64,000 nt of DNA from the NCBI RefSeq assembly GCF_963506605.1, contig NC_083281.1, positions 44,454,001 to 44,518,000 of the forward strand, in the 5' to 3' direction. Every line of letters begins with the position of its first letter. Position 1 is the first letter of the stretch. The DNA comes from Zootoca vivipara (lineage: Eukaryota). Of the stretch, positions 1 through 13,146 are shown in pieces. The notes beneath the pieces were generated by a model. That model was not told the origin of the DNA. It saw only the letters and a program-made list of their open reading frames with translations, and ran no database searches. Position numbers and translations under genes: made by a program.

Positions 1-160
1 GACTTGAGTGATTGAGAGTGGCATGTTTGTATGGATGGTTTGTGTGAGACACACACAGAGAGATCTGTCTCTGCATTTGAGAGAAATGTAGATGTATATG
101 AGGGTGGGGGAGAAGAGATGCACTTGGGCAGAGACCCACACATCTGTGCTGTGTGTGTGT

Positions 161-162
161 GA

Positions 163-234
<72 letters not shown>

Positions 235-236
235 AA
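161..236. repeat. (GAAA)n microsatellite
   Basis: About 19 perfect GAAA units, preceded by (TG)n. Confidence 0.97.
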
Positions 237-1320
237 ATGTGGTGTGAGAGAAGACGAGATGAATGTGTGTAGTTGTGTATATGTGAAGGATATGGGGGGG
301 GAATATGCATGAGTTTCTATGGAGTGTCTACATATGGTGAGTGCATTTATCTATTTATTAAAATATTTGAATACCGCTATTACTGTAAAAATATATCAAA
401 ATGGTTTACAGCAATAAAAACTCATATAAACCATACTTTAAGCTGAATTCTTAATAATTTTCTGTAGTGTATATTTTATCTTATGGAACACTAAACTTTC
501 ATTTCTATGTTTGTAAACTCAATAATTGACGATTTTGCCTTAATGCTCCCATGTAATGCCACATGGCTCGAAAAGAAGCATATATGGTATTGCTTTTGTT
601 GCCCAGAGGGCAGCACATACAAAATCAGGTGGGCCGTTTCTTTTCGTTTAGATGCTGTAACTTACTGGCCAATGATAGCTGTGCATGCTCCATTCTCTCC
701 ACCCCACCCCGCCTACAGACGAGGAACAAGCCATCGACCTCAAGAAATGGGAGGTTTAAGAGGCCCCACCAGACATTTTGGACTACAACTCCCATCATCC
801 CCCACAAGCCTGGCCAATGGTCAGGGGAGGGGAAAATTATTATTCTCCTTGGGAGCAGGTTCTCATAGAACAGTCATCCCCCAACTTGGTGCCTGCCAGA
901 CATTTTGGACTGCAACTGTGAGGATTGCCTCACCCTTCCTTTCTCTCGAAACAACCCCACAAACTGAACCAGACAAAACAGAACAAACTTGATAGAAACT
1001 GTACCAACGCAACAGGCTAGCTACTGTGCTGTGTGGATTCAGAGTAAGCAAGATGCTAAACTCTTGGCAAGCGGGAGAGGAGTTGGGGAGGTCTTCCCAT
1101 TGCCCATGAAGTATTTAGGAGGGCAGCCAATCTTACAGGAGCCAAGTCAGGGGGAGAGAGAAGTGCATGCTTGCTGGGCTATGATAGCTTCCCAAGTTCT
1201 TCCTAATCATGGGATGCCACAAAGATGCCTCTTCCCACAATGACTTTGCAGCAAACCCTACATCCAGTTTCCTTGAATGAGGAAATCCATTTCCCAACAT
1301 GATTACCTTCCAGCCCTAAT

Positions 1321-1545
1321 TACAGGTAGGTAGCCGTGTTGGTCTGACACAGTCAAAACAAAATAAAAAAAATCCTTCCAGTGGCACCTTAGAGACCAAC
1401 TAAGTTTGTCATAGGTATATAGTACTACGTAGTTACAGGTAGGTAACCGTGTTGGTCTGACACAGTCCAAACAAAATAAAAAAATATACCTATGACAAAC
1501 TTAGTTGGTCTCCAAGGTGCTACTGGAAGGATTTTTTTATTTTCT
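1321..1545. mobile_element. Penelope-like element pseudo-LTR remnant (direct plus inverted partial copies)
   Basis: TACAGGTAGGTA(G/A)CCGTGTTGGTCTGA occurs twice (1321, 1433), followed by an inverted segment; same family as 44474 and 59563. Confidence 0.7.
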
Positions 1546-2054
1546 TCTAGCCCTAAATCACCCGTCTTTGGGACCCAAACCCACCCTGCACACACCTGTC
1601 CAACAGGTGGCCAGGTCTTCTTTGCCCAAAGGCCAGCCTCTAAGGCCTGCAATAATGTTGGTCCAGCTCACTCAGAGATGTTGCAGACTTTTGGCAGAAT
1701 GCTTCCCATCCCCCATCCGTTCCCAGAGAAACATGGTGGGCAAGAAGCATCCAATAAAAAGGTTGTGCTCTTCCACAGGAAGTGGATTCTTCTGCTTGCC
1801 TAAATGATGTCCTTCCCTTACACTGTGTAGTACAAAGGTGGTGTCAGGTGCTTACAGGAAGGAGAGACAGGTGCTCTTCCCCTCCAGCAAGCATGGAAGT
1901 GGTAGGGGCCAATTGAGTTGGAGGCCCACCTGCAGAACAAATGTGTGCCATCAAGATCCCTGCTTGGGGTAACTGGAAAGCTCACAAGCCGGGATGGATA
2001 ACAATTTCCTGTTCAGCCCAAGCACCTGGGACTTGAGGGCATATGTCAATCATA

Positions 2055-2230
2055 TAATTGTAGAGTTGGAAGAGATCCAAAGGGTCATCTAGTCTAATCC
2101 CCTGCAATGCAGGAATCCCTGCTCAATAATCCCTGACATATGGCCATCCAACCTCTGCTTAAAACCCTCCAAGGAAGGAGAATCCACCACCTTCCAAGGG
2201 AGTCAGTTCCACTGGCAAACACCTCTTCAA
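2055..2230 (-). mobile_element. CR1 LINE 3' end fragment
   Basis: TAGAGTTGGAAG...GGTCATCTAGTC...CTCTGCTTAAAA..CTCCA is the reverse complement of a CR1 3' end; similar to 44838 onward. Confidence 0.7.
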
Positions 2231-3230
2231 AATATATCTGTACTGCTCTTCATCCAAGGGCTATCACTGCAGTATATGGCAGTTCCAGTAACATACCATG
2301 GCTATTAGCTATTTCATCTAATTCCGCAAAGATCTAGTTTTTACATTTTGTGTACCACAAGCTGCTTTGAGCACATTTTATTTTGTGGAAAGGTGCATAC
2401 AAATTAGAGGCTAATCTAATGCGATGTGATCCAGAGAATCTTTAGGAGAACAGAGCTTGCAGAAATGCTTAAGTGTTTGAGTGATTTCTATTCATAAATA
2501 TATATATATATATACTTGCTTGGCTTTAAACACGTCTGTATAAAATAGTGTGCTATGGAGATAAACCTATCATGTGAACCACACAATCAGCCATCTGTGT
2601 GGCAGGCTCAGGACAGAGCAGAGTCCTTTCTTCCTTGCCACCTAATTCACTTGTTGCCAGCTTACTGGGGGGTTTTCTCGGGAAGGATCATGAAGGAGAG
2701 TACTATTAATCCTACTGGCCAAAGAGAAGCTTCATGCTTGCGAGTACCAAGCACAATCGAGGCAAAGCTCAGGGGATAGCTTACACTTCAGTAGTGAAGC
2801 AGACAGACCTGGGTCTGATCAAGCAAGGCCTCTAAATTCACTTACTCCTGATCAGCACCACATCTCCTGCCTTTCCGCCGACTTCTTTGAGGAAAGACTT
2901 CCAAGCTCTGAAAACACCAAAAACTGTTCAGAAAACCACTGTACTCTCTATAGAGTTCAAATTTCAAAACATCCAGAGTGTGGTTGAAGTGACACAGTAT
3001 TAATGGGGGAACAACTGATTGCCACCATTTTTTTGGCATGGGGCACACTTGCAAGTGTTGCAAAGCAGAAGGCATAGCTTCTGCAGGGCATCCGTCGGCA
3101 GCTACAACTACCCAATTAATTCATCAGGAATAGCGTACGGACCTGCAATGACCTGTCCATGCATGGGCACCAAAACCAACAATTCACACATGCACTTAAC
3201 TGAGAAAACAGCTGTCAAGATAAAATGCAT

Positions 3231-3236
3231 TTTATT
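3231..3236 (-). terminator. RRAGC: Probable RRAGC poly(A) signal (AATAAA)
   Basis: TTTATT on the plus strand, about 1.15 kb downstream of the RRAGC stop. Confidence 0.55.
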
Positions 3237-4378
3237 AATGCGGACTACTGAGACGTGAATCCCACAAGAGCCACCCGCCTCCCGAACAGTGCAAGGACAC
3301 AGTCGGCTGCCGGCAACACCAGCCACCCTGTTAAAACGTTGGCGCGTCCACATTGACATCTGAGGAGAGAAAAGGTTCCATGGCTTGGGAATACACAAGC
3401 GTTGTCTGATGTGCACGAGGCCACAAAGGGAAGTCCACACACGAGTTGGAAGGGAGCTTCCATCCAATGGAATATGTGCAGAATATGGAGTTCAGGGAGG
3501 CCTTTGTATCTTCCTGACCTTGAGGTAAAGGCACTTCCTTGCCTGGTGAGCAGCTACAGAGAATTCTAGCAACCAGAGTTCAGTTGCACACCATATTTTA
3601 CAAAAACTAACCTGTTATGCAATTGAAGCATAGCTTCAAAAAATGGGAAAACGCACTTAAATCCAAACACATTAGCCACAACTGGGCAGAATTTGAATCG
3701 TTTACTACAAAAAGCATCTTCAAGGACAAGTACAGGAACTGCTGCAGCAAATTGTTAAGTGGCCTGCCAACAAGCTTGAGAATGCAAGACGAGCATATTC
3801 TAAACCACTTTCGAGCGACGAAGTTAAGGTTGCCGATTCTTGCCTTTTATCCTGTTCTCCAATAAAAAGAGAGCTTTGCACTCAGTGGGTCTGCAGAGGG
3901 AAATGGCACCACTTGGCATCACATTCATTTCACAGAAGATGGAATTTTTTTAAGGGGTTAACCGCAATATGATATTATAAAACTCAAAGGATGGAATGTT
4001 TGAAATTGCGCTAAACTAAACAACAAGCTGTCATGTTTGAGTTTATGAACGCCAATTTCTTTGAAACGCAAATGCACTAACACTACGCATGTTAAAAAAA
4101 ACCACAAGGAATGCAGAGTGTCAAATCAACTCAGTTCCGGAATCATCCACGCCTTGTTTTGTATCAAGGGAGGTGTCGAAGCGGGGGAGGAAGCAGGCCC
4201 ACTTCCAGGCCATTTCAGTTGTGCCACGCCTGCCACGATTGCAGCTCCACAAGGCAAAGTCCCGTCTCTTCCAGAATGCACACACAGGAATGTATGGAGC
4301 CAGTTCTCTGTGCTGTCCATCCCCAACACACAGACACGGAGCAGGGAACACTTGGCCACCCGCCTTGGGTCCCCTCCG

Positions 4379-4530
4379 CTAGACGACATTTCTAGGAGTG
4401 CCGTTATGAGTCACTGCTTTTAGACCAGGGATGTTTGCTTGATGGTTGCAGGATCGGTGGGAGGAAATGCCCACTTCAAAGACCTCGTGGATGGCCTTGC
4501 GGAAGCAGTGGAAATTGTAGTCTATTAAAC
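4379..4530 (-). CDS. RRAGC: RRAGC exon 7 (last coding exon)
   Basis: CAG|GT TTA ATA GAC ([20 protein letters not shown]...NVV*); TAG at 4379-4381. Confidence 0.95.
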
Positions 4531-7500
4531 CTGGGAGAGCAAGAGAAACAAACCACAGGTGACATTCATTCTGTGTGTAAACCCTTGACCCAGCTCTGTT
4601 CTGCGCAGCAGCAGACAGAAGTTCTACAGCTGCATCACAGTTTCTGCCAAACACATTCCAAAACACAGTTGACTAAACATGCCCATTCTTGTTTTAACAT
4701 GCCTGAAAGTATCCAGGCATGTTAGAAAGGGGCCCTGCTCTTCCAGCATCTCAGACTGCCTATCTGGTCGAGACACAAATAGCTACAACAACACAAAACA
4801 CAACCCAGGAGGATGAGCAACTTTACATGCTCAGGCAGACACTCGCACTGCTTCAGGGTTTGGATGCAAGCAGCAGAGATTGCATGGCAAATAAATATTC
4901 AGTTGGATGGAAGCCCAAACCCGAGCCTCTTTAGTAAGAATAACTGGGACAGGATAAATGTAGAAATGGGCCCTTGATCTGCAACACGGTTTTAGAAGCA
5001 GGGAAGCCATCCAAAATGGATTTTGGAGTCAGCCAGCCTGGAAAATGATTGAATATAGGTTGAGTCTAGGGCAGAGTATGTGACTCCAGAGGCCCTGGAG
5101 CACTAGGCAGAGATGAGGAGGGCAGCACTAAGGAGGGCATCAAATCGCACAAGCTATTTGATGCAAGGGCCACACACACACAAAAACAGCCTCCAATAGA
5201 GTTTTACACTGCACTGAAAACACATCATGCAGAAGGAACTTTTCCATAAGGAGGCTCTCAGCACCCTCCCAGGCTTGCTGCCCTTTGCTTGAATCTTTGC
5301 AGCCCTTTTCCCCTTCTTCCAGGCTGGCACCACAAGCCCAGGCACACACTGCTCAGCTCCCACTTGAGGACCGACACCATGAAACTTTTGCCTGTGCACC
5401 TTATGATAGATTGTTTAGTTGTTTGTTGATTCTGCTTATATAATTTTGTATATTGTTTCTCTTTATTTTTATTTCCTTGCACCCCACTCTAGGCTATAAA
5501 TACTGTAAATAAACAAATAAGGCTGCAGAAGACTAATGAGAAGGTATGAAAACTTGCCCAAAGGGGATTTTGGCGAGTGCAGCTCACAGAGGATCAACTC
5601 TTCACAAATTGCAATTACCAGATTTGTGCGACCCCATAGAAGCTGGAGCCCAGGCACTCAATGGAGGGACACACCAATCTTCTTCCTCACCTTTGCGTTC
5701 AAAGCTTTCTTCTCTAAGGATGCACACCAAGGCCAGAAACTTGGTCACTTCTTTTAAATACAGCACAGTTGTGTTGTTGAGCTTGATGATGGCCATGGAC
5801 TCCTTGTCGTAGGCACTGCCGCTCCCATCCTCCTTGAGCCTATGGTTGTTTGAGACAGAAGGGACTATTCAGGGCACACAATTGGCTAAGGACTTTGAGG
5901 CAGCATTTTAACAATAATTGAATACTGGGCTGAGGCATTAAGCAGCAATGAGGATTGTGAGAATCTTGTGGACACCATTTATCTTGAGTTCAGCAAAGCA
6001 TTTGAACAATGTACCATGATATTCTGATGAAGAAGCTAGCTAAATGCAGGACTGAAGATTCATAGCTGAGGGATTCGCAGCTGGTTGTAAAACTAGCCAA
6101 AAAGAAAATGCTCACCAACAGCTCCTCATCAAACTAGAGAGAGGTTTTGGAATGGGGTAGTGCAGGCCCCTACCCTGGGTCTGGTCCTCTCCACTGAATT
6201 AGATGGAGGGTGAAAGGAATCCTGATCAGATTTGCAAACTATACAAGACTGGGAAGACAGCTAACACCTCAAAAGGCAAGAAGGAAATTCAAAGCAACCT
6301 TGATAAAAAGGGCCAAAACAAAACGAAGTTCAACTGGGGGGGGGGGAGTTTTATATTTAGGCAAATAAGATGCACAGGCATGGGACTGGGGTGTGGGTGT
6401 GGAATAGTAGGTTTAGCAATAGTACGGAAAAGAGTTGGAGCTGATTGTAAGATGCATAATGTGAATGGCAGCATACAAAAGGTTTTCCTCATTATTCAGT
6501 ACAAATGAACATATTAAAATGTCTCAGTATCATAAATACATAAAAATATTTACACATGAATCCATCCAAACACCTTCCTACTTTACATCACTCGCTCAAA
6601 ACAGACACTGCACTTTCTAGTACCCCTCCTTACTAGCAACAAAATCATACAGAAAATGTATTTTAGCTTCATACCCAATATTCCAAAAGCCCGGACTTCC
6701 TTGATGCTAGGTTTTCATTTTCTCATGACATTTGAGAACAGATTTCCCTCTAAGCTACTTTAAGATTCTCTGAAATGCCATAGAAGCACCACATGGTACT
6801 TACCCATATATACAAGAAACGTCAATGACTACATCTATCATGTCGCAACAGAGCTCGTATGACTGCATATCTACAGGCGAACTATCCGTTGCAATATATA
6901 TCTTGCTGACGACATCGAAGAGAAAAGCTTTTTCAATACCAGAATTCTTAAAGAAGAAAAAACAAGTTAAAATGGTTGTCTCACATACTGAACTATTTGT
7001 CAGCTTACTGGCGACTCTTGTTTTACTTTTTTACTGAAGGGAGATGGTCAGACACGAAGGGGCTTTCCACCCCCACTCTAAGAACGCAAGTAAGAAGAGC
7101 TAAGCTGCTGGATCAGGCCCAAATCTTGCCCAGCATCCTGTTCTCCACAGTGGTTAACTAGATGCCCCAATGGGAAGCCCAAAGGTAGGAACCGAGTGCA
7201 AGAGCAGCAACACTCTTCCCACCTGAGATTCTCAGCAACTGGCTTCCAGAGGCAAACTACCTCCAATGGTGGAGGCAGAGCACAGACACCCAGAAATTTG
7301 TCTGATCTCCTTTCAAAGCCACCCAAGCAGCCATCACTATCTCTTGCAGGAAATGAAGATGGTGGCCTCACATTAGCCAAACCTACCTCAAAGACACCAC
7401 CACCAGTGTTTCAAATAGCACACTGTGCCAGTTGCAAAACTGACAGCCATACCACCAGTTTGATTTTCAAACTGGTGGTAGTGATGGGGCAGCTGCTGTC

Positions 7501-10500
7501 CATTTTGCAGTCTGAAATGAAGGCACCCAAAACAACTAAACACGCTCAGAAGGTAATAAATAACTGGATATCTTTTTTCTAAAGCGACAAGCAAGTCTCT
7601 CTAGTAGTGGATTCTGCCTTGTCCACATTTGCTGCCATCTCCAAAGATATCAGTCAACTATTTAGGAAAATGTCTGTGCGCTTTAGGAGGCCTACTAAAT
7701 CCCGCCAAGCCTATTATGCTGCACAAGCGCTTGCTTTATTTTGCTGGTGTTTTATTATACGCAGTTGGGGGGAGGTGTACATAGGTTGGATAAAAACTTG
7801 CCTTTTTACACAGAAGTTGATAGTTGTACTAGACCAGGCTTCCTCAACCTCGATCCTCCAGATGTTTTGAGACTACAATTCCCATCATCCCTGACCACTG
7901 GTCCTGCTAGCTAGGGATCATGGGAGTTGTAGGCCAAAAACATCTGGAGGGCCGAGGTTAAGGACGCCTGTACTAGAATCTTGTTTAAAAAATATAAAGT
8001 CCAAAGGTGGAAGCTTAAATCTTAAGGGGACGTAAATCTTTTTCTTGCTGATTAAAATGTCTGATTAAAAATGCTGATTAAAAAACGCAATTATTCTGTC
8101 TATGGAGGATATAAGCCAGTCATAGGAAATCTTGGCCCTCCAGATGTTTTGGGACTACAACTCCCATCATCCCTACCTAACAGGACCAGTCGTCAGGGAA
8201 TTGTAGTCCCAAAACAACTGGAGGGCCAAGTTTGCTTGTGCCTGATATAAGCCTATAGAGCAGGCATCCCCAAACTGCGGCCCTCCAGATGTTTTGGCCT
8301 ACAACTCCCATGATCCCTAGCTAACAGGACCAGTGGTCGGGGAAGATGGGAATTGTAGTCCAAAACATCTGGAGGGCCGAAGTTTGGGGATGCCTGCTAT
8401 AGAGCCTCCAAACCACCTTCAAAATCTTCTCCTTGGAGAGAGCATCTCATCCTCGAAGATGCAATTGGACATCTGGCCACTGGCTAGAGCTGAAGAGACA
8501 GTCTATTTGCTCACAAGAGCCCCAACTGAGCACAAGCTGCTATTGCAGGTGCTGTAATGAAGAAGTCTAGCATAGATCATGGTTTGAGAGCTCCCCATCT
8601 GCTGGAGCCCACAGAGAACTACACACGTTTTAGAAGCAAAAGCCTGTAATTCCAAGTTCTAACCAAATATGCCAGTTACTCATTATTTCTTAGCAATATG
8701 CCTTCCAAATGAGAGCTTCTAAGCAAGTTCATATGCTTACCGACCCAACAAACCATTACTGCAACATTTAAAAACAAATCATTGCATTCATTCCCTAATC
8801 TTCACTAAACATTCCCAGGGCAGGGTACAAAAGCATGACAATTAAAGTACATGTACAACACCTACTTACCGATATAAAGATATTTAGCAGGTTTTCCAAA
8901 GTTGGCAACTGTGGAATGAGCTTCTGTACCACCTTACTGAAGGCTTCAAATATAGAATGATCATAGATGCTGGTCAAATAAAAACTACAAAGCAGAACAC
9001 TGTTATTAGCTATCAGAACAGTTTCAGGTTTAATTAGCTGCTTTGCCATACCGAAAGCAAAACTGAAGCATCAAAGGAGGCCCACACTGAAGAGCTTCAA
9101 AGACATTGAACATACTCTGGAAATCCTTATTTTTCTCTTTGTTCCCCTCAGTGATGAGATCATGGCTTCCAAAGAGACCTTTTAAGGTAAAGACTAATTT
9201 GCATCTCAAAGAAACAGTGAGGGGGGAGATAACAAAGAGCAAAAGCAGTTTAAATATTTTTGCAATCTCTCCTTATTGCACACAATAAGGAGCAACCCTT
9301 TTTAAAAACATTTCTCTTTAAATATAGTCTATAATCAAGGGGCCAGACATACCTCAGGGGGGAGGGAATGCTGCAGGGCCACTACTGGAAAGAGCCTTCC
9401 CCCATAGGGCCTCATCTGCAGATCTCATGGCCTGGACAGGTCTACACATGAGAGTGGGTGTTCTTGTAGATATTTAGGGCCCAAGCCATCAAGGGCTTTA
9501 AACCTAAGTGTGAGCACCATATTTAGGCCCAGAACACAATCTGAAGACAATGCTAACTTTTGTAAAATTTGAATTCGATGCGCTTGACCCACTACCTTAT
9601 CAGCACCCTAGCTAAATACATTTTGCACAAATTGTAATTTCCATAATGTCTGGTGAAACTGAACGTACACTTTTTAAGAAGATGCAAACAATAATCAACA
9701 GAGACTAATGATTTTTAAACCCAACTACTCACAAAACCCACAAATGATTAGTACCATCTTGGAATACATATTCCTCCTTTTTGTATGGAAGAGAAAATAC
9801 CTCTTCTAACATTATGCAAATCCCCCCTCCCTTCAGAACTACCTCTTTATTCATGTGTAGATTAAGAGTCATATTAGTCAAGTAACATATGACTCCTTCT
9901 TGACCAACAGACTCCCTATTGGTCTTAGCTGCTCAGAGCCAGTATTTGCATGCAGGGGAAGTCCCTAACTCACTGAGGATTTGAGACCCATAGGCTACCC
10001 TCACTTGGTTTAGCCAACCAGTTAAAAGTTGTTCCTGGGATGTGGCTGCTGTTGCATGCTGAGAGCTTCTAGGAGCCACAGGTGAGAGCTGGGTGCAGGG
10101 TGAGGACCAAAGGTGTACAAACTACCCCAGAAGGAGCATGACATGCACCGCACCAGAGGTACTACCCCTCCCCTAACACCACATAGACCCTGCATGTGCT
10201 GTAGAGGGAAGTGAGGGGCAGATGGGGCTCATCAACCTGGGAAGGTAGCCCATCTAGGAGAAGGAAAATTCTGATCTTAAACCTCCGCTGCCTTGAAGGA
10301 GAAGAAAAATCTAAGGAATAAACGCTACATAAATCCAAAGTGGAGTTAGATGACACCTTGCAACTCCTGCACCCAAGCTGGTATCAAACATACTGTTCTG
10401 CTTTTCTTTGGTCAACATCAGCAAGGTGGGTGGGGGGTCAGGGTCCTGTCGCCTGTGCAGCCCACCACCTCCATACACACTGCCCAAGCTTGCACAGTGG

Positions 10501-12761
10501 TTTGACTTCATCCCCGTAGGCGCACTTCATTGTCTCTCAAGACAAGCAGATGCCAACAACAACAACAACTGATTATTCAGGTGATGGTCCCAGCATTAAA
10601 CAAGCCCTAAAAATACAGCTTCTCCAGATTTGGTCTCAAATGGGAGAAAATTGTGTCCAAATGAAGTCCACTTACCTAAGGTGAAGTTTTTCTAGCCCAG
10701 CATCGCCAAGATCATCATTGGCTCTCTGATGAATATCTCTTTGAGTTTCTATTTTATGATCATCTGACAAACCATCAACTTTATGAATAAAAACCTCAAA
10801 GTTCATTTCTGGATTAATTTTGTAAGCTTTTGAGACTGTAATGTGCAACCTGGTTAATGCTTCCATGTAGTCATCCTGTAAGCAAAATATAATACACATT
10901 CTTCACTCAGAATTAAATGTACAGGCCATACATTACTAAGAAATGTAGTGATGTCTGCTTGTTGATATTTACAATTTACAATTATGTACTATAATAGAAA
11001 CAGACCTTATGAAAATCCCAAGGATACTTCAGAATCAAAATAGTTCTATTCTTGACCAGATCTCATCCCAAAGCCTAAAAATACTGTTACAGAAACTGTT
11101 AAATTCAACCACAAACTGGTCTCTAAATGCTGGATTGTTTGCTGGATTGCTGTGTTCTACCTTACTTAACACTGCCCAAATTTCCCAGTAGTATTCCTAT
11201 CTGATATGGTAATGCCCTTACACAATGTCATTCCAGCCGTTACCAGCATTTTAAAGGTTGTAATCTACTCTGAGCTGTGACCTGTTTAAAAGATAACAAC
11301 AGATAGACTACAGCTACTTCAACACTTGATATTTATGTTCAGGATCATTACTTGCAACAGCCCCAATACTGTACATCCTCCCCACCACTCACAGAGCAAC
11401 CTACTCTGCTCCCCAAAGTCAAGCTTCATAATGACCTGTGCATCAATAACATAGATGAGGGCTCCAGTTCCCCTGAAGATCATCTCATAATCAAACGTTG
11501 GATCAAAAAAATCCATTTGTCCAGGAAAATCCCATATTTGGAAGTTCACAAAGGAGCTATTTGAAATATCATCTTTATAGATTTTGTTGGTACTCTCCAA
11601 GAATAAGGTTTCATTAGGAGACATTTTGTGGAACACCACCTGTTTGCAATAGAGAGCATACAACCATTATTTACTTTTTTGCTGTTTTACATTTCTATCC
11701 TTCCTTCCACTAAGGAACTCAAGAATCCTTGTTCTCTCCTCCACCCATCCATTTTATCTCCAAAACAACAAGAGGCACAACTCCCCCCCTTCTCAGTGAG
11801 GATCAGGACTGAGTACCTGAAGCTGCATCTTTCTCCCAAATCTCTTGCCCGAACTGCCAACTATGATGCTACCATGAGGAGGAGCCAGAAAAGTAATGTC
11901 AGGCCTGTAGACATCTTGATGTGGAATGACAGGTTGAACGGTGGAGTAATAGGGTAAGAACTTACCTTGTTCCTCTTGAGCAGGAAGAGAAGATAAATCT
12001 TGCTTATACCCCTGCAGCCTCCCTCCACCCCATTAGTCCCCCTGCCCTCCCCAATAATGAGTGACTATTATTATTGTTAATAATAATACACCCAATTATA
12101 TCCCACCATTCTTCTAAAGATTTCAAGGTGGTGCATATGATTCCCCCTCCCCATTTTATCTCAACAACAACCCTGTGAGGTAGGTTGCGCTGAGTGACAA
12201 TGACTGGCCCCGCAAGATCACTCAGGGAGTTTGAACCCTGGTTTCCTCTCAGGTCCTAGTCCGACCCTAAACTTCGACCTCCTCCCTCGTCGCCAGGGCA
12301 CTCGCTGTCCCGAAGCCCCTGCGATGCTCCAGACACGACCCCACGCCAGGGAGGAGGGGGCGGGAGGCCCTGCGCACCTTCTGGATTGACGATTTCCCGC
12401 TGCGGCGCAGCCCCATAAGCAAGATCCGAGGCTGCTTGGAGGAGTCGCCGCCCGCTCCGCCGCCCGAGCCGAGCCCGCAGTTGCTGCCCCCGCCGCCTCC
12501 TACGCCGCCGCTCCCGCCAGGCCCCCCGATGATGCCTCCGCCGCTGCCGCCGCCCAGCTCGGCCCCGCCATCAATGTCCTCTTCGTCATCCTCCTCCTCG
12601 TCGTCGTCCTCTGCGCCGTAGCCAAAGTCCTTCGGGAAGGAATCTCCCGCCGCTGCTGCTGCTGCTGCCGCCGCCCCGAGGCTCCCGCCGGGCAGAGCCC
12701 CCGACGCTGGCTCCTCGACCGCACCAGGACCCGCCGCCGCCCCGAATTGCAGGGCCGCCAT
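4379..12761 (-). CDS. RRAGC: Ras-related GTP-binding protein C (RagC), 448 aa; join(12378-12761,11436-11639,10676-10875,8870-8984,6804-6946,5691-5839,4379-4530)
   Basis: MAALQFG...[10 protein letters not shown]...[17 protein letters not shown]|[16 protein letters not shown]...WDFPGQ...HKVD...HNGTPRNVV*; all introns GT-AG, phases consistent, CDS 1347 nt. Confidence 0.97.
5691..5839 (-). CDS. RRAGC: RRAGC exon 6
   Basis: [49 protein letters not shown]; 149 nt; donor GTGAGG. Confidence 0.95.
5950..6460 (+). mobile_element. Degenerate CR1 LINE RT fragment
   Basis: Decayed RT-like sequence (GACACCATTTATCTTGAGTTCAGCAAAGCATTTGA, YLDFSKAF-like). Confidence 0.55.
6804..6946 (-). CDS. RRAGC: RRAGC exon 5
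   Basis: [48 protein letters not shown]; 143 nt; AAG acceptor, GTAAGT donor. Confidence 0.95.
7835..7970. mobile_element. hAT-type MITE (about 136 bp, palindromic)
   Basis: CAGGC...GCCTG termini; 8-bp TSD TACTAGAC/TACTAGAA. Confidence 0.85.
8117..8244. mobile_element. hAT-type MITE
   Basis: CAGTC...GCCTG; perfect TSD ATATAAGC. Confidence 0.85.
8261..8396. mobile_element. hAT-type MITE (136 bp)
   Basis: TIR CAGGCATCCCCAAACT; perfect TSD CTATAGAG. Confidence 0.9.
8870..8984 (-). CDS. RRAGC: RRAGC exon 4
   Basis: [38 protein letters not shown]; 115 nt. Confidence 0.95.
9330..9650 (-). mobile_element. Old L2-like LINE fragment
   Basis: GGAAAGAGCCTTCC...GGGCCCAAGCCATCAAGGGCTTTA resembles L2 3' ORF sequence; similar pieces at 47330-48340. 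Confidence 0.45.
9900..10569 (+). mobile_element. RTE-related non-autonomous retroposon with (CAA)n tail
   Basis: GGAAGGTAGCCCATCTAGGAGAAGGAAAATTCTGATC resembles RTE 5' UTR sequence; ends in CAACAACAACAACAAC, like the BovB tail at 55475. The 5' boundary is approximate. Confidence 0.5.
10676..10875 (-). CDS. RRAGC: RRAGC exon 3
   Basis: [66 protein letters not shown]; 200 nt. Confidence 0.96.
11436..11639 (-). CDS. RRAGC: RRAGC exon 2
   Basis: [19 protein letters not shown]...[10 protein letters not shown]; 204 nt; donor GTCATT. Confidence 0.96.
12105..12270 (-). mobile_element. MIR/CORE-like SINE fragment
   Basis: CCCCATTTTATCTCAACAACAACCCTGTGAGGTAGG core-like motif; orientation uncertain. 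Confidence 0.5.
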
Positions 12762-13140
12762 CACGAGCTGCCAAAGGCGCCCCCACTCCGACAGCTCCTG
12801 AGCCCGCCCCAACCTCCCAACACCTCGCGAACCGATTGGCCTGGAGGAGCAAGAGGCATTCCCATTGGCCGAAAATGAGACGGCAGCGCGGCGCGTGACC
12901 GGAGGGGGGCGCGCGGGGGCCGTGCTTTCAGCTACCTGTCCGGTAAGGAAGGGGCGCCCTTTGATGACATCCGATAGCAGGCCCCGCCTCGCCCAATGGC
13001 GCGTCTTCTTCTTCTTCTAGTACCACCCCCACCTGGGATCCGCCTTCCGGGCGACTTCCTGGTTTTGTCAAGGGAGCAGAAACAGCGGCGGCCTTCAGTG
13101 TTGTGTCACCTGCGGCGGCAGCAGCTAATTCATCGAACGT
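12280..13140 (-). promoter_or_regulatory. RRAGC: RRAGC CpG island / promoter
   Basis: CpG-dense; two CCAAT boxes (ATTGG near 12835 and 12864), GC boxes, ETS-like CTTCCGG near 13045. Confidence 0.8.
12378..12761 (-). CDS. RRAGC: RRAGC exon 1 (coding part)
   Basis: ATG at 12761; 128 codons ending GKSSIQK|GTGCGC. Confidence 0.93.
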
Positions 13141-13146
13141 TTAGGA

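Noticed and set aside
12762-12812. N-terminal extension of RRAGC suggested by the ORF track
   Set aside because: Begins at a non-ATG codon; the ATG at 12761 matches the orthologous N-terminus.
12890-12900. GGTCACGCGCC as a TFEB/CLEAR element in the RRAGC promoter
   Set aside because: The core is CACGCG rather than CACGTG; too weak to call.
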